The notes under the pieces: model-generated
Database searches by the model: none
What the model saw: the letters and a program-made list of their open reading frames with translations, nothing else
Told to the model about the DNA's origin: nothing
Shown: piece after piece, positions 5,662 through 14,470 of the stretch
How the letters are laid out: the number at the start of each line of letters is the position of its first letter
Numbering within the stretch: the stretch's first letter is position 1
NCBI GenBank assembly: GCA_050010515.1
Contig: JBEKKX010000049.1
Span: forward strand, 1-16,525
DNA: 16,525 bases
Origin: Candidatus Bathyarchaeia archaeon
GTDB lineage: Archaea > Thermoproteota > Bathyarchaeia > Bathyarchaeales > Bathycorpusculaceae
Direction: 5' to 3'
Program-made: the position numbers and the translations under genes

Positions 5662-6561
5662 TTACAGCTTATTGAATTCTGCCTCGTCCTTTTTCGAGAA
5701 AGAATTCAATTTGCGGTTTGAGCCAAACATGGAGCAACGTTCCCAGTGTCGTGCTAACGCCGTTAAGGCTTCTTCAAACAAGTAGTCCTGCGGCATCACA
5801 TCAACTTTTATGCCCATTTCCCTTAAGGCTTCGGCAGTCGTAGGTCCAATTGCAACAGTTGTAACTTTACCATTTATTAGGGCACGAAGCGTTTCCATGG
5901 AGGCTTTTTCAGTGAGCATTTTGAAAATATTCTTGGCGCTTAATCCGCTGCCGAAGACGATTGCGTCAATTTTTCCAGAGGTTAAATCTTGAAAAAACTT
6001 GTCCTTCAATTCCTTGTCCACGGGCAAGCCTGACTCGTAAACATAGACTTCTTCGACTTGGGCGCCCCTTTCCTTGAGCTTCTCAGTTAAAGTCGGTGTT
6101 GCTCCAGTAGTTCTTGGAATGCGTATAGTTTTGCCTGAAATTTCTTTGTCTTGCAAACACTCGATTAATCCCTCAGAACTGTACTTCAACGGCACTAAGC
6201 TCACATACACGTGATATTCTTCTTCCAGCGCCTGAGCAGTTCTCGGGCCAACAGCAATAACAAACGTCTTAGCCAAGCCCTCCTTCAATTGGCTGGATTG
6301 CTTTAGAGTTTCAGCAGCGCTGAAAAGGTATTTCACGCCGTTAGTGCTCATAAAAATAACATAGTCAACTTGCCCCTTTAGCAGTTCAGTGACAAATTTT
6401 TTTACTGGTGAAAAATCGGTTAAACCTTTGATTTCTATGGCAGGTATAAAATATGGTATTCCGCCCTTTTCCTTGATTAGTTTGCCCGCTTCTTCCGCCT
6501 GACCTGCCGGGCGTGTTATGGCAACTGTTTTGCTTTTCAGGCTAGGGGTTTTTTGAACCAT
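5662..6561 (-). CDS. hemD: Uroporphyrinogen-III synthase
   Basis: VAITRP, VIFMSTNGV, AVGPRTA, AIGPTTAEAL motifs; last gene of the hem operon; the C-terminal ~26 aa look non-native. Confidence 0.93.
   Translation of the reverse strand: MVQKTPSLKSKTVAITRPAGQAEEAGKLIKEKGGIPYFIPAIEIKGLTDFSPVKKFVTELLKGQVDYVIFMSTNGVKYLFSAAETLKQSSQLKEGLAKTFVIAVGPRTAQALEEEYHVYVSLVPLKYSSEGLIECLQDKEISGKTIRIPRTTGATPTLTEKLKERGAQVEEVYVYESGLPVDKELKDKFFQDLTSGKIDAIVFGSGLSAKNIFKMLTEKASMETLRALINGKVTTVAIGPTTAEALREMGIKVDVMPQDYLFEEALTALARHWERCSMFGSNRKLNSFSKKDEAEFNKL
5663..5740 (+). pseudogene. Possible N-terminal remnant of a RelE-type toxin
   Basis: YSLLNSASSFFEKEFNLRFEPNMEQR right after the antitoxin stop resembles RelE N-termini (compare YKLIFMRSFTKQFDKLPKTAKEQV at 4411); no start codon. 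Confidence 0.35.
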
Positions 6562-7292
6562 GCGAGTTTCCTGCCTAAGTTTGCAACTTCACCTATAACT
6601 ATGACGGCAGGCGGCTTGACATGTTTTTCTTCTGCTTCTTTTGCGAGTGTGCCTATTTTGCCAATGATTGTTCTCTGGTTCTTTAGTGTGCCTGATTCGA
6701 TGATGGCTGCGGGCGTTTCTGGCTTTAAACCGCCTTCAATCAGTTTTTCCGTTATAGCTTGAAGCGATTCCACACCCATCAAAATAACCATCGTATCCAC
6801 AGCGTCGGCTATTTTTGCCCAGTTGATTACTTGTTCCGCGTCGCCTGCCTTGTGCCCCGTGATAATTGCCACTGAAGAAGCGTAATCTCTATGCGTCAAC
6901 GGTATGCCAGCATATGCAGGAGCCACAATCGCTGAACTGACTCCGGGTACAACTTCAAATTCGATGCCATTTTCCACAAGGGCTTCAGCTTCTTCGCCGC
7001 CTCTGCCGAAAATAAACGGGTCGCCGCCCTTGAGCCTCACCACTTTGCCGCCGAGTTGGGCTTTCTCAATTATCAACTCAGTAATCTTGTCCTGTGGAAC
7101 CTCATGTTTGCCTGTTCTTTTTCCAACATAAATCTTCTCTGCTTTTTCTGGGGCTAAGTTGAGAATTGATTCGCCAACTAGCCTATCATATACTACAACG
7201 TCAGCCTCTTTTAGCAATTCGACCGCTCTAACCGTAAGCAGTTTGGGGTCGCCTAGGCCAGCGCCTACAAGGTAAACTTTACCATGCACCAT
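6537..7292 (-). CDS. cobA: Uroporphyrinogen-III C-methyltransferase (SUMT)
   Basis: VYLVGAGLGDP, VVYDRLV, RLKGGDPFIFGRGGEE, VPGVSS, GIPLTHR. Confidence 0.95.
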   Translation of the reverse strand: MVHGKVYLVGAGLGDPKLLTVRAVELLKEADVVVYDRLVGESILNLAPEKAEKIYVGKRTGKHEVPQDKITELIIEKAQLGGKVVRLKGGDPFIFGRGGEEAEALVENGIEFEVVPGVSSAIVAPAYAGIPLTHRDYASSVAIITGHKAGDAEQVINWAKIADAVDTMVILMGVESLQAITEKLIEGGLKPETPAAIIESGTLKNQRTIIGKIGTLAKEAEEKHVKPPAVIVIGEVANLGRKLAWFKKPLA

Positions 7293-8214
7293 ACTTTTCT
7301 CTCCATTCTTTCTCGAAGTCTTTGGCTCCCTGTTTTATGAGGTGTTCACCGACTTTTCTGCCTAGCATTTCAGCTTCAGCTAACGTGCCTTGTGCAGATG
7401 CGCTGATTTTCTTTCGGTCGTTAAGTGAGAAAATGCAGCCAAAAAGCGACAGGTCGTTGCCATTTGCTCGTCCTACCGCGCCTATTGGCACTCGGCAGCC
7501 GCCTTCCAATTGAAGCACAAGGCTTCGCTCAGCCGTAATCTCAGCCCTTGCCGCTTTATCTTCAACAGACCGCAAAAGCGCTATTACATTTTCGTTACCC
7601 TCTTTGGCAACTACCGCTAAAGCCCCCTGTCCCGCTGCTGATGGGAACTGATCAAGTGGCAAGCGCTCGGTTACTTCGTTTATTAAATTCATTCTTTCAA
7701 GTCCTGCTTCAGCTATGACAACGCCTGCAAACTCGCCTTTTCTAACCTTATTGATTCTAGTGTCAATGTTGCCTCTTATTGGCTGCACGTCTAAGTCGGG
7801 GTGGATGTACTTGATTTCTGCCATTCTTCTCAGGCTGCCTGTTCCAACAACTGAGCCTTTGGCTAACTCGTTTAGCGGCACTTTGTCCTTTGAGATGAAC
7901 ACGTCGTTTTGCGAGTCCCTTTTGGGGACTGCGGCTAAGACCATGCCAGTTTGTTGTTCAACAATGGGCACATCTTTTAGGCTGTGAACGGCAAAGTCGA
8001 TTTCACCTTTGATTACTTGCTGGTCGATTTCTTTTTCAAAAATGCCTTTGCAGTCAATGGTGAACAGAGGTTTGCTTTGTTCTTTGTCGCCTAAGGTTTT
8101 GATGATTTTTAGGTTAAACTCCACATGTGGATGTGCCTGTTTGACTTGTCTGAGGACTCTTTCTGTTTGTGCAAGCGCAAGTATGCTGCCTCTGCTGCCA
8201 ACATTTAGAATCAT
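7279..8214 (-). CDS. hemC: Hydroxymethylbilane synthase (porphobilinogen deaminase)
   Basis: GSRGSILALAQ, KGIFEKE, AVHSLKD, GTGSLRR, RGNIDTR, GQGAL, LEGGCRVP (cofactor Cys). Confidence 0.97.
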   Translation of the reverse strand: MILNVGSRGSILALAQTERVLRQVKQAHPHVEFNLKIIKTLGDKEQSKPLFTIDCKGIFEKEIDQQVIKGEIDFAVHSLKDVPIVEQQTGMVLAAVPKRDSQNDVFISKDKVPLNELAKGSVVGTGSLRRMAEIKYIHPDLDVQPIRGNIDTRINKVRKGEFAGVVIAEAGLERMNLINEVTERLPLDQFPSAAGQGALAVVAKEGNENVIALLRSVEDKAARAEITAERSLVLQLEGGCRVPIGAVGRANGNDLSLFGCIFSLNDRKKISASAQGTLAEAEMLGRKVGEHLIKQGAKDFEKEWREKYGAW

Positions 8215-9528
8215 TTAACTCATTTTCTCCTTTGCTACCTTGCTGAGTGCCTTGTCGAAAGCGCTTATTGTATGCTTCAAATCATCTTCCAAATGAGAGG
8301 TTGATAAGAAGCAGGTTTCAAACTGTGATGGCGGGATAAACACGCCTTGCCGTAACAGCTCATGGAAGTACACAGTAAACATTTGTGTGTCAGATTGTTT
8401 GGCACAAACATAGTCTGTGACTGGTTTTGTTGTGAAGAATATTTGGTACATTGAAGCGATATTGTAGATTTGCGCTTGCACCTTATGAGCTTGAGCTAAG
8501 TCAGTTAGGGCTTTCTTTAGTTCAGCGCAGTTTTTCTCAAGTTTTGGGTAAATTTCGTTTTTCTTTTTATTCAAAATATTTAGGATGGTGAAGCCTGCTG
8601 TTGCTGAGACGGGGTTGCCGCTAAAGGTTCCAGCCTGATATACTTTGCCGACTGGTGAGATGTTTTGCATGATTTCTTTTTTTCCGCCGAAGGCTGCCAG
8701 TGGGAAGCCTCCGCCAAGTACCTTGCCAAGCGTTGCCATGTCTGGTTTCACGTTGAAGTATTCTTGTGCGCCGCCTAAAGCTAAGCGAAAGCCTGTTATA
8801 ATCTCGTCAAAAATTAAGACAGCACCGTAACTGCTTGTTATTTTTCTTAAGTAACTCAAATAATCGTTCTTGGGCAAAATAAGGCCAACATTCGCCAAAA
8901 CGGGCTCAACAATCACTGCAGCGATATCGTTGCCCTCACGCTTCATTGTTGTTTCTAAAGCTTCAAAATCATTATACGGTACAACAATCGTGTTCCGAGT
9001 TGTTTCCTCTGGAATTCCAAGCGAGTTCGGTGCACTAAAAGTTGTAGCTCCTGACCCTGCCTTAACTAAAACGCTGTCATGAGACCCGTGGAAGCAGCCC
9101 TCGAACTTGATAATCTTTTTTCTTCCAGTATAGCCCCTTGCAGCTCGGATAGCATGCATGGTTGCTTCAGTGCCTGAGTTTACAAGCCGTAGCATTTCCA
9201 TGCAAGGTGACGATTTCTGAATTAACTCGGCAAACTCAACTTCTCGCTCGGTTGGTGCGCCATAAAGTGAGCCTTTGGCTAATTGATTCTTCACGGCTTC
9301 CACGATGTCTGGGTAAGCATGTCCCAGAAGCAAAGCGCCATACGCCATACAATAGTCGATGTACGTGGTATCGTCTACACTGTACATTTTTGCGCCTTGA
9401 GCACGTTCCACAAAGAATGGGTAAGGCTCAAAGGCTCGGACTGGACTGTTTACGCCTCCAGGCAGAGCTTTTTTGGCTCTTTCAAAAAGCATCTTTGATT
9501 TGGTTTCATTCAAGTTTGATTCAACCAC
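8215..9528 (-). CDS. hemL: Glutamate-1-semialdehyde 2,1-aminomutase
   Basis: PGGVNSPVRAF, NSGTEATM, FEGCFHG, FDEIITGFR, LGKVLGGG (PLP Lys), YQAGTFSGNP, PPSQFE. Confidence 0.98.
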   Translation of the reverse strand: MVESNLNETKSKMLFERAKKALPGGVNSPVRAFEPYPFFVERAQGAKMYSVDDTTYIDYCMAYGALLLGHAYPDIVEAVKNQLAKGSLYGAPTEREVEFAELIQKSSPCMEMLRLVNSGTEATMHAIRAARGYTGRKKIIKFEGCFHGSHDSVLVKAGSGATTFSAPNSLGIPEETTRNTIVVPYNDFEALETTMKREGNDIAAVIVEPVLANVGLILPKNDYLSYLRKITSSYGAVLIFDEIITGFRLALGGAQEYFNVKPDMATLGKVLGGGFPLAAFGGKKEIMQNISPVGKVYQAGTFSGNPVSATAGFTILNILNKKKNEIYPKLEKNCAELKKALTDLAQAHKVQAQIYNIASMYQIFFTTKPVTDYVCAKQSDTQMFTVYFHELLRQGVFIPPSQFETCFLSTSHLEDDLKHTISAFDKALSKVAKEKMS

Positions 9529-10490
9529 GATTTAATGTCCTTGGCAAAGTAGGTTATGATTAGGTCGGCGCCTGCACGTTTAATGCCTGTTAAGATTTCG
9601 CGGATCACAGTTTTTTCGTCTATCCACCCGTTTTGGGCTGAAGCTTTCACCATCGAGTATTCGCCGCTGACGTTGTATGCGACAATGGGCACGTTAAAGT
9701 TTGCTTTCGCAAGACTAATAATGTCCAAGTAAGCTAAAGCGGGTTTAACCATAATCATGTCTGCGCCCTCGTTAAGGTCTAACTCCATCTCACGCAAAGC
9801 CTCCTCTGGGCTTCCGTAACTCATCTGGTAACTTTTGCGGTTCCCAAACTTCGGCGTAGATTCCGCAGCCTCCCTGAATGGACCATAAAAGGCTGAAGCG
9901 TACTTTGCTGAGTAAGCCATAATCGGCACTTGCTCAAAACCAGCATCATCTAATGCTTCTCGTATAGCGCCTACTTGACCGTCCATCATGGCTGAAGGCG
10001 CCACAATATCTACGCCTGATTCTGCTTGGCTAACAGCAACTTTACCGAGTACATCAAGGGTCTGATCGTTTAGAACCCCGCCGTCTTTAACTAAACCGCA
10101 GTGCCCATGGCTCATGTACTCGCATAGGCAGACATCGCCGACTACTACAAGTTCTTCTCCGAAGGCTTTTTTTAATTCATGAGTTGCCTTTTGAACAACC
10201 CCTTCTTTAGCAAAAGCGCTTGTGCCTGCTTCATCTTTTTTTGCTGGAATGCCAAAGAGAAGCACGCTTTTGACGCCCTGCGCTAACGCTTGCTTGCCCT
10301 CATCTACAACTTGAGCAATTGGCAGTTTGCTGTATCCCGGCATTGCCTCGATGTGCAGGGGTTTTTTGATGTTCTCATCAACGAAGATTGGGTAGATTAG
10401 GTTGCTTGGCTGCAGGTTAACTTGGTTTAGCATGTCTCTCATGGCTGCAGTCCTTCGAAGTCTTCTCATTCTAACTGTCGGAAAACTCAA
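9510..10490 (-). CDS. hemB: Porphobilinogen synthase (ALA dehydratase), Zn-type
   Basis: RMRRLR, DVCLCEYMSHGHCG, APSAMMDG, YSAKYASAFYGPFREA, MVKPA, YNVSGEY. Confidence 0.98.
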   Translation of the reverse strand: MSFPTVRMRRLRRTAAMRDMLNQVNLQPSNLIYPIFVDENIKKPLHIEAMPGYSKLPIAQVVDEGKQALAQGVKSVLLFGIPAKKDEAGTSAFAKEGVVQKATHELKKAFGEELVVVGDVCLCEYMSHGHCGLVKDGGVLNDQTLDVLGKVAVSQAESGVDIVAPSAMMDGQVGAIREALDDAGFEQVPIMAYSAKYASAFYGPFREAAESTPKFGNRKSYQMSYGSPEEALREMELDLNEGADMIMVKPALAYLDIISLAKANFNVPIVAYNVSGEYSMVKASAQNGWIDEKTVIREILTGIKRAGADLIITYFAKDIKSWLNQT

Positions 10491-10491
10491 C

Positions 10492-11145
10492 TTACTTTGC
10501 CTCCTTTTTTTGTAAGAGTTTCATGGCTATTTCTTGAGCCTCACAAAGCTTTCCTTCTTTTAAAACTTGTTTAATGTTATTGTTATTAAGTATCTCGTAT
10601 AACATTTTGCTTCTAACCTTCGGATCAGGTACCTGCTCTTTGAGGAACCTGCGTACATGTGCTTGCAGTTGAATTTCAAGTAAATCCTCAGGCGTTATCA
10701 TTTGCTCTATCCTTTCCCTTAGCGCCCTAGCCATGGCTGGACTTTTTCCCGAAGTGGAAACTGCAATCTTTACCTCACCAACTCGCGCGACAGCGGGCAA
10801 TATGAAATCGCTCAAGGCTGGGTTATCAACTGAGTAAACCATGCACCCCGCAGACTTTGCTGCTTTAATTAGCTCAAGGTTAAGTTTAGGCTCGTTTGTA
10901 ACTGCCAAAAGTATATCTGGCTTAGGATTCAGGCTGTTAACGAAAGCCTCTGCATCTTGAATTTCAGTCTTAACCAAAGCAACTTTTTTTGCTTCATTTA
11001 ATTTTTGGATGCCGCTTGAGAAGGCTTTGCTTATAACCCAGATTTTTGCGCCTGAATCAACAAAGCTTTGGGTTTTTCGGTAGCCCTCCGAGCCTCCGCC
11101 GACTACTATAATGGTTTTTCCGTCAAGTTTGAGGTCTATGAGCAA
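10492..11145 (-). CDS. sirC: Precorrin-2 dehydrogenase / sirohydrochlorin ferrochelatase (SirC/Met8p/CysG N-terminal family)
   Basis: VVGGG NAD-binding motif, VDNPALSDFILPA, VSTSGKSPAMARALRERIE. Confidence 0.9.
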   Translation of the reverse strand: MLIDLKLDGKTIIVVGGGSEGYRKTQSFVDSGAKIWVISKAFSSGIQKLNEAKKVALVKTEIQDAEAFVNSLNPKPDILLAVTNEPKLNLELIKAAKSAGCMVYSVDNPALSDFILPAVARVGEVKIAVSTSGKSPAMARALRERIEQMITPEDLLEIQLQAHVRRFLKEQVPDPKVRSKMLYEILNNNNIKQVLKEGKLCEAQEIAMKLLQKKEAK

Positions 11146-12680
11146 TTTTGTGTTTTGCCACCTTCGGAAGCGTTAAGCTTATAGTTGGTTAGTAAATTTT
11201 TGAATTTTTCCATAAAAGCCACATAATCAATTTGGTTTAGCTTTGGAGCGTCTGCAATTCTTGTTAGAGCATCCAAGTTTATGTATTGTTCTGCTGCTTC
11301 GATGGCTTGGGCTCCGAACTCTTCATATTTTATCTCGATCTCTGGTATCATGCCTCTTCCTTCCACGTCCATTCGCGGGACAATGCCTAGCAGTTCTACG
11401 CCGATGTTTTCGAAGGCGCGTTTCATGGTCAGCTTGATTTCGTCGGTTAGGTAGCTTATGAGCGCTTTGTTTAGGATTACGCCGGTTATTTTTACTCCAA
11501 GGCTTCTGAGAATATTCACGTAATTAAGCGTGTTAATCAATGCGCCTTCTATGCCTTCTTTATCGCAGCCGACCACAACAATGGTGGATGCGCCTAAAGC
11601 CGCTGCAACTTCAGCTGTTGACGTAGGCCTCACAGCTTTATCAATTAATAATCCAGTGAAAGCGCCCATGGCTCCTTCAACGAGGAGAAAATCGTGATTT
11701 TGGCTGGCTTCCCCCACTGCTTCAGCTAAAGGTTTCCAGCCGCTTTCCCCAATTTTAATCGACGAATAATCCTTTATCGGCTCTTTAATCAAGTAAAGTG
11801 CAGGCACAGAATCTCGTATATCTCCGCCAACTTTAAGGACTCCAACTTTGAAGCCTCTCTTTTTTAATGCGCCAGCGATGCCCGTTACGATGAAAGTTTT
11901 TCCTGAACCGCTTTCCGTCGCCGTTACCAACAGTAAACGTGGCGTTTTTTGGTTGACTGTGTCTTGCTGGTAGATGTTGGTTGAGATTCCAATTTCGCAT
12001 TTGATTCGCTCCAAAAGTTTAGCATTTGCACTTCGAACTGCTTCGAGCTCGACTTCGTTGATGTTTAATGATTTAGTGATGCTTTGGATGATAGTTGGAT
12101 TCTGGTCCAGTAGTGCATGTATGAAAACACCTACAACATTGCCTTCTTTGTTGGCTACTCCTGAAACCAAATCTTGAGGGTCGTTATGATAGTTGACGCG
12201 TTTTGCGTGTGAAACAAGAATTGTTTTTGAGTCTTTGTGAAGTATGATTTTGCCGTATGTGTGGCAGTGAAAGCCTGAAACTTCTTTGCCAACTTCGTCT
12301 GTGATGAAACTTTTATCAGTTATAGTTGCGCTCACTCGGTCAGTGCAGATTAATGGCTTAAACTCTGCATCTAACAGTCCTAATCCTTCTTTAGTTATGG
12401 GGACTGTTGATAGGCGTCCTACGTCGGTTTCTTTTGCAAGTATTTGGAAGCCTGAGCAGATTCCAAGCACGAATTTGCCGCTGTCAGCCATTTTCATTAT
12501 TTCCCTTGCTACTTTCTTGTTAATGCTTTGTGATTCAACTAGGCTTCCGCCTGGGATAATTATCATGTCCAAAATTTCAGAAGCTGGCTTGCCATCTATA
12601 AGCGCATCAGAGCAAACTAGGTCGGTTGGCAAGTTTCCGAAGTCTTCGAAGCATGGAAGCGCCCCTGGAACGTAAACCAA
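11136..12680 (-). CDS. CobB/CobQ-related amidase/ligase with N-terminal class I glutamine amidotransferase and C-terminal P-loop (CbiA/BioD-like) domain
   Basis: IIIPGGS, GICSGFQIL (nucleophile Cys), GLGLLD, GFHCH in the N-half; TATESGSGKT Walker A, LVEGAMG, GVILNK in the C-half. The true start is probably a few codons upstream (RHKIGLVY is in frame). Confidence 0.8.
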   Translation of the reverse strand: MVYVPGALPCFEDFGNLPTDLVCSDALIDGKPASEILDMIIIPGGSLVESQSINKKVAREIMKMADSGKFVLGICSGFQILAKETDVGRLSTVPITKEGLGLLDAEFKPLICTDRVSATITDKSFITDEVGKEVSGFHCHTYGKIILHKDSKTILVSHAKRVNYHNDPQDLVSGVANKEGNVVGVFIHALLDQNPTIIQSITKSLNINEVELEAVRSANAKLLERIKCEIGISTNIYQQDTVNQKTPRLLLVTATESGSGKTFIVTGIAGALKKRGFKVGVLKVGGDIRDSVPALYLIKEPIKDYSSIKIGESGWKPLAEAVGEASQNHDFLLVEGAMGAFTGLLIDKAVRPTSTAEVAAALGASTIVVVGCDKEGIEGALINTLNYVNILRSLGVKITGVILNKALISYLTDEIKLTMKRAFENIGVELLGIVPRMDVEGRGMIPEIEIKYEEFGAQAIEAAEQYINLDALTRIADAPKLNQIDYVAFMEKFKNLLTNYKLNASEGGKTQNCS

Positions 12681-12736
12681 ACCGATTTTATGTCGTAAAT
12701 CCGTCCTAATTTGCCCCCATCGCGTATTTAAGTAAA

Positions 12737-12750
12737 GCTTATATTTAAGC
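12737..12750. promoter_or_regulatory. Candidate shared bidirectional TATA element between the divergent hem transcription units
   Basis: GCTTATATTTAAGC quasi-palindrome; its centre is ~25 nt from hemA ATG 12769 and ~24 nt from a minus-strand ATG at 12720. Confidence 0.55.
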
Positions 12751-12768
12751 CGGTCGGTTTATCCAACC

Positions 12769-14055
12769 ATGCATTCCTCGGCGAAGATAGATCACGTCAT
12801 CAACGTTAGAATAACGTATAAAACAGCCCGCGTGCCGTTAATGGAGGCTGTAGCGTTTAAAGATAAGGAAAAGGCGCTTGCCGAGATTCGTTCCCTTGAA
12901 AACGTGGAAGAATGCTTAATCCTTCAGACATGTAACCGCATCGAAATCTATGCTGTTATTGAAGATGGAAAAAATACCCTTAATTTGGTTAAGGATTATT
13001 GGGTGAAAAGAGCCGTGGCAAACGCTGAGGAAGCATCTCAAGCCATAGAAGCTTCAATAGACGACGAGGCTTTCAATCACCTCTTACGAGTCACTTCAGG
13101 CTTAGAATCAATGGTGATAGGCGAAGATCAAGTTCTCAATCAAGTCTGGAACGCTTACTTAGAAGCAGAAAACGCCAAAACAGTCGGTCCAATCCTAAAG
13201 CACCTGTTTAATCGTGCAATGACCGTTGGCAGGCGCGTCAGAAACGAAACAGGCATCAACAAAGGCGCCGTGTCAATTGGTTCAGCAGCAGTTGAATTAG
13301 CCGACAATTTGCTGGGCAACTTGGAAGACAAGAAAATTTTGGTTATGGGCGCTGGTGAAATAGGAACTCTTGTCGCTAAAGCCTTAGCACGACGCTGCCT
13401 AAGTCCAATCTTTATTGCTAATAGAACCCATGAACGGGCGGTAAAATTAGCTGAAGACCTCTCGGGACAAGCAGTAAGGTTCAATCAGTTTGAAGAAGTG
13501 CTCGTTGACGCTGATGTGGTAATTTGCTCGACTTCGGCACCGCATTACTTGTTAACCAAAGACATGGTTTCAAGATTAATGAAGCAACGCACAAACAACA
13601 ATGACCTTTTAATAATTGACATCTCAAATCCTCGCAACGTTGAGAAAGCCGTTCAGGAAGTTGCAAGAACAAAACTCCACAATATTGATGATTTGCAGTT
13701 AATCGCCGACAACAATAAGCAAGAACGAGAAAAAAACATTGAGAAAGCAATCAAAATCTTAGACGAGGAACTTGTTATTCTTAATCAGGATATGAAAAGC
13801 TTCTCGGTTCGTCTGATTATTTCGTCGCTGCTTTCCCATGCTGAAGAAGTCCGGCAAAAAGAACTTGCAACCGCTCTAGGCATGATAGGTGATGTGGATG
13901 AGAGAGAGCGGAAAATCCTTGAAGACTTAACATCAATTTTGCTAAAACAGACATTTGTGCCGATTGTCGAAAACTTGCGGTTAGCCGCCAAAAACGGTGA
14001 CGCGAAACTAATCGATCTGGCAGTTAAATTGTTTGAAAAAACGGAGAAAAACTAA
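12769..14055 (+). CDS. hemA: Glutamyl-tRNA reductase
   Basis: LQTCNRIE (catalytic Cys), GLESMVIGEDQVL, GAGEIG, IANRT, DISNPRNV. Confidence 0.97.
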   Translation: MHSSAKIDHVINVRITYKTARVPLMEAVAFKDKEKALAEIRSLENVEECLILQTCNRIEIYAVIEDGKNTLNLVKDYWVKRAVANAEEASQAIEASIDDEAFNHLLRVTSGLESMVIGEDQVLNQVWNAYLEAENAKTVGPILKHLFNRAMTVGRRVRNETGINKGAVSIGSAAVELADNLLGNLEDKKILVMGAGEIGTLVAKALARRCLSPIFIANRTHERAVKLAEDLSGQAVRFNQFEEVLVDADVVICSTSAPHYLLTKDMVSRLMKQRTNNNDLLIIDISNPRNVEKAVQEVARTKLHNIDDLQLIADNNKQEREKNIEKAIKILDEELVILNQDMKSFSVRLIISSLLSHAEEVRQKELATALGMIGDVDERERKILEDLTSILLKQTFVPIVENLRLAAKNGDAKLIDLAVKLFEKTEKN

Positions 14056-14056
14056 T

Positions 14057-14470
14057 TTGGCAAAGGCAGCGTTAGATAAAGTTGGTTTAATTCTGATCGG
14101 ACATGGAAGCAAACTGCCCCAGAGCCAAGAAAACCTCGAAAAGTTAGCTGAAATCTTACGTAAACAATCTGAGTTTAAGATTGTGGAAATAGCATTTATG
14201 AGCAAGAATACGCCAACCATACCTCAAGCAATAGATACGCTTGCTAAAATGGGCATATCAAAAATCGTATTGGTCCCCGTGTTCATCGCAGCTGGCGTGC
14301 ATACCACACAAGAGATTCCTGACCTCATAGATGTGAAAGAAAAGGAATCCCAACTCTCTGCAGCAGGAATCCAACTATATTATGGAGAACCTATAGGTGC
14401 AGATGAACGTATTGCAGTAATTCTGGCAGAAAAAGCGCTAAACGCGTTAGGTCGCAAATGTCCCAGTTGA
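14057..14470 (+). CDS. cbiX: Sirohydrochlorin chelatase, short CbiX/SirB family (C-terminus possibly altered by a deletion)
   Basis: LIGHGS, EIAFM...PTI, VPVFIAAGVHTTQEIP, YGEPIGADERI; GGAG RBS favours TTG 14057 over 14033. Confidence 0.88.
   Translation: MAKAALDKVGLILIGHGSKLPQSQENLEKLAEILRKQSEFKIVEIAFMSKNTPTIPQAIDTLAKMGISKIVLVPVFIAAGVHTTQEIPDLIDVKEKESQLSAAGIQLYYGEPIGADERIAVILAEKALNALGRKCPS

Noticed and set aside
11136-14470. Coenzyme F430 (cfb) cluster
   Set aside because: CbiX-like and CobB-like genes are present, but no cfbC/D/E homologues are in the window and the adjacent cbiH fragment points to cobalamin.
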